A DNA stretch of 20,000 nt from Spirogloea muscicola (taxonomy: Eukaryota), in assembly GCA_009602725.1 (NCBI GenBank), contig WELB01000007.1, forward strand, positions 1,443,239 through 1,463,238, read 5' to 3'. The notes below the pieces were generated by a model. That model saw only the letters and a program-made list of their open reading frames with translations. It was not told the origin of the DNA and did not search any database. Each line of letters starts with the position of its first letter. Position 1 is the stretch's first letter. Made by a program: the position numbers and the translations under genes. Below are positions 1 through 10,500 of the stretch, piece after piece.

Positions 1-406
1 ATGGTAGCAATGTATGCATGCAGCTGGGCAGCCTAGCAGGCGGGGAAAAACAGACGGGGGTAGTCCTCGTCCTCCTCATCTTCCTCCATGGCAGGTCAGG
101 CAGCCGCCACCGCTGGTCTTGCTCGTCCACCACAGGAAGCAGGATGGGGCACGCCGACTGCAGCCTGCAGGAGGACCTCGCTTCCCGAGCAGCTGCTGCT
201 CCAACATCCGGTGATTCCCCGGCCCCGGCAGCCGGCCGCGTTGGGAGACGGAGCCGGCACCAGCTGTGCACTCTTGGCGGTCCCGAAGCGGCGGCGGCGC
301 CGGCGGCGCCGGCGGTGGTGGCAGGGCCGGCCGTTGCTGGATGACTAGTGTCAATGAGGAAATGGAGGCTTGGGGAAGGGACAAGTACTCCCGCACGGCC
401 CTCCAT
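1..406 (-). CDS. Possible 5' end of a gene divergent from GLTP (product unknown, runs off the window)
   Basis: Two candidates. (a) gccATGg at 89 gives MEEDEEDEDYP followed by a GT donor at 55-54 and intron-like sequence. (b) ATG at 406 opens a stop-free frame to the window edge (MEGRAGVLVP...). The region is CpG-rich like the other 5' ends here, and a TATA-like TATATTAA lies on - at about 436-443. No recognisable homology. Confidence 0.35.
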   Translation of the reverse strand, partial: MEGRAGVLVPSPSLHFLIDTSHPATAGPATTAGAAGAAAASGPPRVHSWCRLRLPTRPAAGAGESPDVGAAAAREARSSCRLQSACPILLPVVDEQDQRWRLPDLPWRKMRRTRTTPVCFSPPARLPSCMHTLLP

Positions 407-647
407 CCTCCGACAGTCCGCTGATCTGAAGTCCCTTAATATAGCCCCGAGTGGATAGTTGCCTGAAGCGAGGCGCAACCGCCGGCTCCTGGGTGGCCAT
501 GTTGGGATCCGCGCCCAGGACAGATAGCCAGGAGGACCGGTGGTTCCGCAGACTCTTTACACGACCTCCGGTCTGCAGGCGGAGCTCTGGTCCCCCTCCA
601 CAGGACCCCTTCCCCAGGCCAGGCGCCGGCGCCGCCTCCCGGCCGCC

Positions 648-2169
648 ATGGCCGCCCCGGGCGGCCGTGGCGGGCCGTCCATCTTCGCGCCGGCGCTGGA
701 CGCCATCCCCCGCTCGCGCTCCGCCGACGGCCAGCTCCTCACCGACCCCTTCCTCAAGCTCTGCCGCCTCGTCCTGCCAGTCATCGGTCCGTCCGGCGCC
801 CCGTCCAGGGCCCCTCCAGGGCCCCTCCGTGTCTCCGTGTCTCAGCGGCCAAGTCCGGCCGTGTACTACTCGAACGGTCCGAATTGCGTGCATCCGGCGA
901 GGAAAGCTCCAGCTCTCCACCTTACCACATCGGCGTGTGTTGCCTTGTGCCCAGACAAATTCGGCTCCGCGCTTGTCATGGTCAAGGGCGACATTGGCGG
1001 GAACATCGAGGTTTGTGCTCCCGCGACCACTAATTCGATTCAAAGTGTCACTCAAGTAGCAGATTATCTTACAGCTGATTCTCAAGAAGCTACATTGGCT
1101 CCATTGGCCCTTAGGCTGGGTGCGGCACCTTGCTGTTGCCTGAGTCGGCAATCTTATGTAGTGCAGCGGCTCGAGAAGGCCTATGCGTCGAAGCCGCCGT
1201 CGTACGAGCTGCTCTACGACATCGTCAAGGCAGAGGTCGCCCAAGGCACAGCCCGCGGATCATCCAGCAATAGCAATGGATTGCTCTGGTTGACTAGGTG
1301 AAGCTGCTTGATGCTGGAGCTTGGCTAGCTTGCGCCTCTTCCTCAGGACCAGAGTCCTACGTTTATGCAGACATGCTGGGCCATGTTTCGAGGTGGCCTG
1401 CCTCAGAAGACTCTCTTGATCTTGAGAGGCCTGTTGCTCAGTCAGACGTCCCAGAGGCTTGACAATTAGATTCCTTGGACCAGAGCGATGGACTTCTTGG
1501 TTGCTCTTCTACGTGAGCTGAGAGCACACCAAGAGTGGTCAATGGCACAAGTAGCACGGGAAGCGTATGCAGAGAGACTTAAGCAGTATCACGGATGGAT
1601 AGCACAAGCAGCATTTACTGTAAGCCACAACGAGACTACCAAGTGCACTACCTGTTGAGCTGCCAGCTGTTGTACGTCCTTTCAAGCCGAAGCTTATGCA
1701 ACCAAGAACTGCTTGCTTTTCTTGTACTCTGTTGACCTGAACCTGTGTTCTCACTTTGCCGGGCAGTATCTTCATAACTTGTCCAGCTCCATTGATGTAG
1801 GTGGCATTGCAACTGATACCAAGCAGGGAGACATTCATGGACAAACTTGGAGGTGGACCCCTTGAAAAGGACATGGACGAATTTGTCAAAGACTTTTCGC
1901 CTTTGCTGCTTGACAACCATGAATTCCTGGTACGAGGCAAATTGGTGGATCGCAAGCACTGTGCTAATTCACCAGGTCACTAGCTTTGACTAGTACACTA
2001 AACAGCAGAATATATTCGAAGTTGCAAGGCGCTGCGATGCTTAGCAGCTGAGCATCCTGGATGCTCACCTTTAAGTGGTGCTCTAGCTCTCCAACTTAGG
2101 GTGGTGCTGATGAGGACACTCCCGCCTTTGCAGAGAAGCGTGGACTTGGATGACATGAAAGCAGCCTGA
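648..2169 (+). CDS. GLTP: Glycolipid transfer protein (GLTP family, plant GLTP1-like), 6 exons, 208 aa
   Basis: Exons 648-786, 955-1010, 1167-1297, 1484-1619, 1801-1929, 2134-2169; all introns GT-AG and phases consistent. Family motifs seen: DKFGSALVMVKGDIGGNI, GLLWLTRAMDFL, AYAERLKQYHGW, C-terminal DLDDMKA. Confidence 0.95.
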
Positions 2170-2615
2170 TTGTCCCCCTTGCATTACTTGAACACTCCAG
2201 AAATCAGTACTTGACTGCCATGAGACAAGGAGCACTTCTTCACACATGTCGATAGGTGCTGTCACTTTTGGGTTTGTACAGACACAGCAGCACTTTCATT
2301 GGAATTAGGAAGCCTAGGTCGCTCCACTCACATTTGTCAAGTAACATGAAAAGAGGGTCTTGGTGAGTTGTGGTATGATGACCCTGCAACTTGATGCTGC
2401 TATGCTAGGAACTTCTTGCTTGCCCTCAGTGGTCTCTGGATGTGCGACTTGGGCACAAGAGACAGATGCACGAGAACCTCACCTTTGTTAAATATGGAAA
2501 TATGGTGAATCAGTGGGTCGGTAGAATCACCCAATATGCCTATTCTGCTAGGCCGATGAGAGTCTCCCTAGATAAGGGAGGCCCCGGCAGATTGCACAAT
2601 TGGCCCGAACAATCT

Positions 2616-2782
2616 AGTGGCTCTGTGTGCGGCGAGGCGGCGCTGTGTGCGCGGCGGCTGTGTGTGCGGTGAGGCGACGCTGTGTGTGCGGCGGCTCTGT
2701 GTGAGGCCAGGTGGTACTGTGTGTGCAACAGCTGTGTGTGTGCGGCCAGGTGAAGCTGAGTAATCGGCGGCTGTGTGTAATC
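2616..2782 (+). repeat. Degenerate minisatellite, about 37-bp unit, about 4.5 copies
   Basis: Units start at 2616, 2653, 2690, 2727 and 2766; consensus GGCGGCTSTGTGTGC-GGYSAGGY-GRCGCTGTGTGTGC. Confidence 0.85.
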
Positions 2783-3264
2783 AGGCACCTCTTTTGTGTT
2801 ACTGTAATCTCTTTGTGATCATGTCTGCGTCTGCGTCCGCATTTGCGTCAAGACGAGAGCAGGCAGAGCAAAAGTGTTTTCAACCTTAGGGCAAAATGAT
2901 ACTGTGCACTAGACTGTCTTGCCAGAGTTGATGTCCATGTTGTTCGCAGCTTGCATACTTGGACACCCTTATACAGCTCTCTGCACACCACCATTTTCTT
3001 CCCTTACACTACATACTTGAGCACCTCATGACCTGATCTCAGGAACCCCTTGAAGCCTGCAAAATCATTTGCTGGAACATAATGGGCAGCCTCAGAAGCT
3101 AGTCTCACTTGAGACACGCCTCATGTCACAGATGGGATTACTGAGTACCTCCAAAAATCTCTAGGTGTATTTCAAGCTAGGGTAGGGTAAGGTAATAAGC
3201 AGGGGACAAGAAAGTGCATGCTGTCCTAGTGCCACCAATCTGAATCAGCTAATGTCAAGCAATT

Positions 3265-5678
3265 CTATTGCTGCCTCTGGCGACTGAAAAATATCCGTCG
3301 GAGGCCCATAGCTACTGAGACTGTGGCGAGGAGATACAGACCCCCCAAGCGTTCGCTACTAGTCATGACCCGTTGCCTTGGTTGTGAGAAGGCTTCGCTG
3401 ACTGATGCAAATACAGTGCTAGTTGGGCTGCTACGATGCCGATCTAGTTGACCATGGATTGCCCTGTCACCTTCCCGTGTACACACTGGCCCAGCCTTTT
3501 CTCCAATGGTATCTAAAGCTGATGCAATAGTGACAACAGGTTCACCAGAGCCTCCAGATTTGATGAATAGGATTGGAACTAGTCCGAGGAGGCAGCCTAT
3601 AGTGACTCCAATAGATGCACCAGTTGTTTCTGCCCACCATGCCTCCTTCATTTGCATCTGAATGCATCCCCTCCCAAAGCACAGCTGTATCAGCTCAATC
3701 AATATATCCAACACTGGCTCCCCTCTAACACATGTAGGGTCTGTAAGTGACAGCTGCTGAGTTTGACTGTCACCGAGTTGCACCAGTCATTTAGATTGGG
3801 AATGGCCAGAGAATGGGATGTGACAGTAGATTGTATAGTCTGTGATTTACCTGCACAGGTGACACCCTTGACGAAGGCATGAAATTGCTGGAGACGCCTT
3901 CAATGTACTCTCGGAATGCAGTGCCAACAAGGTCAGCTAACGCGTTCCCCAGCCCTGCAGACTGACGAGCGCGGACACAACGAGTAGTCAATTTGGACAG
4001 TGACTGTGAGGCACTGGCGTAAGCAGGCCCCAAAGCAAGACTTGTACTCTTGCTGAGCTTTCTGTTGGTTCCTCACTGTAAGAGACGGTTAATTGTAATC
4101 TCTGGGGACCAAGGACCCTAGTATATCATCCTCACCAGCAAAGTAGGCAGGTTCAAAGTAGCACCAATGGAGTTCTGGATGGCGTCCCCAGCAATGATCA
4201 TGATGGCATTGTCTGCAGGCCCAGGAGAATGCCACATGCATGCCATTTGGGTGATCCTCAGGCAATCAAAGCGTCAGTCTTGAAAGCCACTGCACCATCT
4301 GTGCAGATCCCAATCTGGAAGCACACGAACACGCTAGAGCGGACCAATATCCAGAGTTGCACATATCACAGGCTGATACAGCAGAAGTGCCAGTCCATGC
4401 ACCTCCACAGAGCCTGTACTCAGGAGTAAACAATACATAGGCAGCTGTCTGCGTGACTGCTGGGGTAAACAGATTGTAAGTAAGGCAGTGGAGCTCGGAC
4501 TGACCTGTGAATCCAAAGCCGATCATCCCTGAGTAAGGATTACAACAGAAGGACATGTGAGTCACTACAAATGTGCAGACAATCAAAGAGGCTGTGCTGG
4601 AGTTCCAAGCCACCAAATCTCTTCCAGCATTTGGCAGGTGCTCCGGGGCTGGTATGAGTAAAACAATACGTGCAGTAATTACATGTAGTACAAGGAGGAG
4701 CCAGTTGCTTGGTCATATTCGCTGTCAAGGTGCAGCTGTTAATCCATACAGAAGATCCAGCTGTTCATCCAAACAGCTGTTGCAAGACCTGACTTGCATG
4801 AGTGACTGACCTATGGCTGCCCTCAACGTGAGGTGTAACAGCTGCTTCTCTGTGAGCGGCTTCTCCGAGGCGCCATACTTGATGGCCTGAGCCTCCACAT
4901 AGCTGGAGAACTCCCTCTGGTCCAGCACCCCATCCTTGTTGGTATCGGCCTCCATGAAATGCAAGTCAGCATTGTCAGAAGCTGCACAGACAAAGAGGAT
5001 CGTGAGGTGCCGTATGAGCCTGGGCTGCCAGGCACGTGTCCTACACTGAGCGAGCTTGTTCTCAAGTAGTCACCTCAGAAGCATCTTAATCATGTGGGTC
5101 TCTCCGAGCATACAAGCCTAGCACAGGGATGGTGCTCCAAGGAGGCATAAGACGGGCTTCCATTTGCCTCACAGGTGAACCAAAAGTCGGACAGCCTCGA
5201 GACTGGTAGCATACCGCTTGAGTACAGTGCTGCTAGGATCGCTGCTCTGCCTTGCTGGTCAATTCTGGAGATGAGGCCTGTAGCGACATCCGCGGCAACG
5301 ATGGCATCGCTCTGCTGAGCACAGGGGGAACGGGGAATCTGTTCTGTCACGAGATTCCCCCCCAGTGGGAGCAAGCGCACATATAAAGCGAGCCCAGACC
5401 GCAAGCTTCAGCAACCGTTGGAAGAATTGTGTAGCTAACAAGGCGGGACAGAATGGGCTGCCGCTTCGAGCCATGGTAAGAGGGGCCATGGTAGGAGTGG
5501 CCAGCAGCGGCGGCTGCGAAGGTGGGTTGGTGGACGGCTGCCCAGCATTGGTGCGCAGCTCAGTGGGAGCTCACCGCCAGAGTCTGGACCAGCCGGTCGA
5601 CCAGCTGCTGGTTGTCCAGCGCCGCGACCCCGCCGCCAGGGCCGCCGCCGCGGCCCAGCGCCGCAGCGTCGCCGCCCG
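3265..5678 (-). CDS. TMEM65: TMEM65-family membrane protein with an N-terminal EF-hand; 5' part lost in the gap (candidate start gccATGg at 6478)
   Basis: Exons on -: gap-5575, 5311-5215, 4981-4811, 4528-4505, 4212-4136, 3961-3851, 3657-3265; phases consistent. The spliced peptide GMIGFGFTDNAIMIIAGDAIQNSIG...SAGLGNALADLVG...GASIGVTIGCLLGLVPILF matches the TMEM65 signature (FIGFGFLDNAIMIVAG / AAALGNLVSD / GVTIGCILGMFPL). EF loop DTNKDGVLDQRE. Confidence 0.9.
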
Positions 5679-6450
5679 NNNNNNNNNNNNNNNNNNNNNN
5701 NNNNNNNNNNNNNNNNNNNNNNNNNNNNNNNNNNNNNNNNNNNNNNNNNNNNNNNNNNNNNNNNNNNNNNNNNNNNNNNNNNNNNNNNNNNNNNNNNNNN
5801 NNNNNNNNNNNNNNNNNNNNNNNNNNNNNNNNNNNNNNNNNNNNNNNNNNNNNNNNNNNNNNNNNNNNNNNNNNNNNNNNNNNNNNNNNNNNNNNNNNNN
5901 NNNNNNNNNNNNNNNNNNNNNNNNNNNNNNNNNNNNNNNNNNNNNNNNNNNNNNNNNNNNNNNNNNNNNNNNNNNNNNNNNNNNNNNNNNNNNNNNNNNN
6001 NNNNNNNNNNNNNNNNNNNNNNNNNNNNNNNNNNNNNNNNNNNNNNNNNNNNNNNNNNNNNNNNNNNNNNNNNNNNNNNNNNNNNNNNNNNNNNNNNNNN
6101 NNNNNNNNNNNNNNNNNNNNNNNNNNNNNNNNNNNNNNNNNNNNNNNNNNNNNNNNNNNNNNNNNNNNNNNNNNNNNNNNNNNNNNNNNNNNNNNNNNNN
6201 NNNNNNNNNNNNNNNNNNNNNNNNNNNNNNNNNNNNNNNNNNNNNNNNNNNNNNNNNNNNNNNNNNNNNNNNNNNNNNNNNNNNNNNNNNNNNNNNNNNN
6301 NNNNNNNNNNNNNNNNNNNNNNNNNNNNNNNNNNNNNNNNNNNNNNNNNNNNNNNNNNNNNNNNNNNNNNNNNNNNNNNNNNNNNNNNNNNNNNNNNNNN
6401 NNNNNNNNNNNNNNNNNNNNNNNNNNNNNNNNNNNNNNNNNNNNNNNNNN
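5679..6450. other. Assembly gap (N run) covering the GC-rich 5' end of the TMEM65 gene
   Basis: Run of n flanked by very GC-rich sequence. Confidence 1.
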
Positions 6451-6669
6451 GCCTGGCCGTCTCGCTGCAGAGGTCCATGGCCCGGGCGCTGCACCTTCGT
6501 GCCGGCAGAGCCCTCGCTGCTGCCTCTGGCTCTGGCCAGGGGACCCACTTCCAGGAGCCCAGCATCTCTGATCTGCGGCTGCTTAGCAGGGGTTACTGAG
6601 TGTCTCGTAGCAGCTTTGTTTCTGTTACTTAGCGCTTCCCCTGGCCCCCTTCTCGTACTCTGTTCATTC

Positions 6670-7400
6670 TTTTTCGGGCTGGTTATTCCAGCCCCTATTC
6701 TCAATGGGCGAGCACTTTCTTCCTTTTCTTCATTCCCCCCTTGGCGGCGTGCGGTGTCTGGACGCGGTCGCCAACGCAGCCCCCCGGGGCAGCTTGCTCC
6801 TAGCTTGTCCTTCCGCTGGTGAGTGTGAAGTTGTCGGATACGGCCGAGCAGGCCCGACATCAACGCCGCTGGCTCGCCAGCGCAAGTGTCGCATGCCCCT
6901 GTCCATTAGCTGCAACGGTCCATGGCCCACGCCTTGCATCCTCGTGCTGGCCTTGCTCTAGCTGCAGCCTCTGGCTTTCGTCAAGGAAATTGGTTTCCGG
7001 CGGCTCGTCTTTCTGACTTGCGGCTACTAAGTAGAGGTGACTAAGTAAATATCCTACATGGTCCTTGCTTAGTAACGTCATTCAGCACTTTTCGGCGCTT
7101 TTAAACCTTGCAAATTCAATCTCAATTGATTTTCATTTCTTTTTGGGCTGGCTATTCACAGCCCTCGCCCCCTTTGGGAGGGCCATTTTCTCTTTACCTT
7201 ACTATCTCGATTGTGGGCTGGCCTTTGCACAGGAGGAGTGAAAAGGCAAGCGGCGCGGGTGAGGTGAAAGGGCAGCCAAGCCGAGCCAGTGCATTGTTCA
7301 GGCCAAAAGCAAGTGCAAAGATGGGGCTACACAAATCGGAGCACCGGAAAAGAAGGCTCCTCCAGAAGGACGGCTGTGATGGGCCAGCTTGAACAAAGGG
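6670..7400. repeat. Cluster A of the GGGCTGGC...CAGCC intergenic repeat family
   Basis: Cores on + at 6676, 7145 and 7215; degenerate cores on - at about 7238-7251, 7264-7277 and 7372-7388. Confidence 0.8.
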
Positions 7401-7559
7401 CGAGGCCCATGGGGAAGCCCCAAGGACGGCTTAAGCCACTAACCTATGCTAATGCTAATGAAAATAATTTGTACTAATTGGCTGCCCAGGTCTGCCTGTG
7501 GCGGGACAATGCACCCAGAGTCTGTTTTTGGCAGTACCCATATGCAACAGATGCGGTAG

Positions 7560-10500
7560 CTACCTTCTGCTCAGGTCAAGCCTGCGCTTCAGAATGTCAC
7601 CTGCCATTGCTGGCAGCATTCTGGTGACACCATGCTCTTTAAGCATGCGGACTACGTTGAGGCCCACCTCTGCCATTAGGGCATCTGAAGGATTGCTGTG
7701 CTGGGGCAGGTCTTCAGCAGAGGCAATCATGAGAAGGGCAGCTGAGGCTTCCTCTGTAGGAAGCCTCAAGAGGGTGCATGTGTCTCGCAGGTTTCGAAAG
7801 AAGCTGGCAGGTTTGGCCGTAAATTTCTGAAACACAGAGAACAAGACTTCCGCATCTGCAGTGACTTGCTTTGCCCCCAGCTCACTGAAGCTAGCCCCAC
7901 CAAGGACCAATTTATTCATCAGGTACTGATCCAGCCCTGCCGCAATCCTCCTCCATGTGTCCACAAAGATGAACTCGTCCATCACCCTGCTGAGTGCATC
8001 CAGCTTTGCCTCCAGCTCCAGCACAGCCTCCAACAGCCTTTGGGAAGGAAGGAGAGGCCGTTCTGCTGACCTGCTCAACGAACCTGCAGCTGTTACTTGT
8101 TCTTTGGGGGATTCAAGTCAAATACGACCTTGCAGACACCAAGTACAGTATACCAAGCCCCTTCTATCTTTTAAGACGTTACTGGGCATACCAACAATTG
8201 TCTGGATCGACGTAAGCATGCCCACCTTTGTAGAGTTTGAGCGGTGTTGTCCTCCCGCCATCTCTTTTTGTCTTGCACATATTCTGTGCACCTAGCTCCA
8301 AACGCTCTGATTATGGCTGATACAATCTTCCCTGTCCATTCCTGCAGCAAACAAACAAGATTACTAATCACCTAGATTTTCAGATGCTTCTCTCATCTAG
8401 CGGCGTTGGAAACCAGCCAGCAAAAGACTTTCCTGCCTCTCACATTGCATCTGGAATGACAAATTTCTGAGATGGTACACAGTGAGGGTGATGGCATAAA
8501 GGATGTTGTTGGTAACAGTTCACTTGACCAATGCAGGCCATCGAGAATATGAACAGCATAAGAAGACAGCAGAAGTGGAAGGCAGCTCACATCAGCAAAT
8601 GACATGAGGTCTGCAAGCTCCTCCTGAAAGACAGATTGCTCATCTGCTTCAGACGTAGCATCACCTCCTTGTCCATCATCTGCAAAGGAATGCAGTAGCT
8701 CTGCCATGGGCACCTCTTCACTCCATTCTGCAGCAACAAAGGTCCAGAGGTGTCTAAGTCCTTCACCAACTCCTTACCACTATTGCAGACGGGCAGGATT
8801 GAAGCACTTTGTGGGCTTTAAGAAAGCCGATGAGCTTCAGCTAGATGTTACTCGCAAAATATCAGCTGCTGACAAGCCATCAGCTTGGCACGTATATGCA
8901 CCTTGCAAGTAATTTGCGACATAGCGAGCTGCATTTAGGCATCGAGCCACCTGTGTCATTGACACGCGCTGATCAGGGCACGTGACATGACCGGTATGCT
9001 CTCAGTCAATTGACTTTCCCTACGTTCGATACCAAGAACCATGTGTCCAACTTCAAATGCAAGCTTTCAATATCAAACCCATGCTAAGACTAAGCTTCAG
9101 GTCTGTACTGTGGGTGGCTACCTTGTAAAGACCGTCATTGGTTGCTAACGCTGTTAGCCCCTCAGCTTCCTGGCTCTGCACCAGAAGTTCCTGCAAGTAT
9201 CTGTCTGCCAATGGAGCAACGCTGTCCCTCACAAATGCCAGCCTCTGAGAGAGAAGTGGATGAAGAAGCTTCAGACGTTCCGCACGTCACGATAGAAGAG
9301 CGTAGCCAACAAACTCCACCAATGCCGCCATGAAACATGTGCAAACAGGTGCATGGAGGGCTAACAAGCGAGGACAACCTGCAGTGGCCCGTGGCATCAG
9401 TGCCGTGTAGTAATGCTTATATGGGGCGGTCACCTTCTCGCGGCTGGAGAGGGTGGCACATCGGCTGGTAGTGGCCCGCATCAGCGATACAAGGCTGTGT
9501 GCACCAACTGGCGGCTTGAACTCCACTGTGCTTCTGCCTGCCTCCTTGACGAGCTCCTCAGCACCTAGCAAAGTGTCTGCCACCTGCCAGGACTCCTCGT
9601 TCCCGAGCACCTTGATGAGCTTCTGGAGCGCATCCTCAAGCTCGAGACGAGTCCAGACCTGTAACCATTCCTTCCGCTCTGCAAATACATCGAGCACGTT
9701 CCCCTCCCACCTGGGGTTGGCACCACCCTCTTGGACCTCTGCCGAAGTGTCCCTTGCAGTAAGATCTCCAAAAGCTGCCATGCTGCGGTCGAATCTTATG
9801 GTGTGATCCACTGTGTGAAGCCAGGTAGCAGCAGGAGATGGCCCTGTTGCAGCAGCTATGCTACTCTCATCCACTTCCAACATCTTGACTAGCAAAGGCA
9901 GAGCTGTGTTCCGCAAGTGGGTGGCAGCCAGTCCGGCTACAGCTTTTGACCACTCCTCCCACACGCTCCTCCGCACATCAGCCGCATCAAGACCTGGCTG
10001 AAGCACGTCCTCCAACACCTTGGCGTGTTGTCTTGCAAGCCTGAGAAGAGACAAGGCAGTCAGGCGTGGCCGTGCAAACCCCTTTTCAAAGATTGCGACT
10101 AGTCAGCGTGGCGCCTTTCACTGCGGCATGCAGTCCATGCTTATGTTGGCAAGCACAGTGACAAAGTTGGTGCTTCATGTAGCCTTTCTATAATGCTTGC
10201 ATTCATACTTGAAGGCCAGTACAAACACGTATTCAGGTTGCTGCAACCACTGATGAAAGTGTATCTCTGCAGCTTTGCCAAGTGGTCTTGCCATCACTTC
10301 CATGCACCACATGACCTTTCCTGATCGCTGGGCCCCTGGGCCACCACCGGAATTGGGTGAGCAAGATCTTGCAGTTTAGTGACTCAACATATAGAATTGC
10401 TTTCTGCACCACCATGCTCTAGAAAGACAAGACTCTCATCTGCTGCCAACAAGAACAGGTGCTGCTTCTCAAGCACATGCCTTCAGATGCCAGTGTTCCC

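Noticed and set aside
351..1244. 297-aa minus-strand ORF (and 451..1059 +)
   Set aside because: Shadow frames of the GC-rich GLTP 5' exons; no recognisable protein features.
2540..2788. His/Thr/Ala-rich 82-aa ORF
   Set aside because: Translation of the minisatellite, with a non-ATG start.
3178..3195. TAGGGTAGGGTAAGG telomere-like run
   Set aside because: Only 2-3 imperfect units and not TTTAGGG/TTAGGG; consistent with chance.
5365..6863. Long ORFs (349-485 aa) on both strands
   Set aside because: Artefacts of translating through the N gap.
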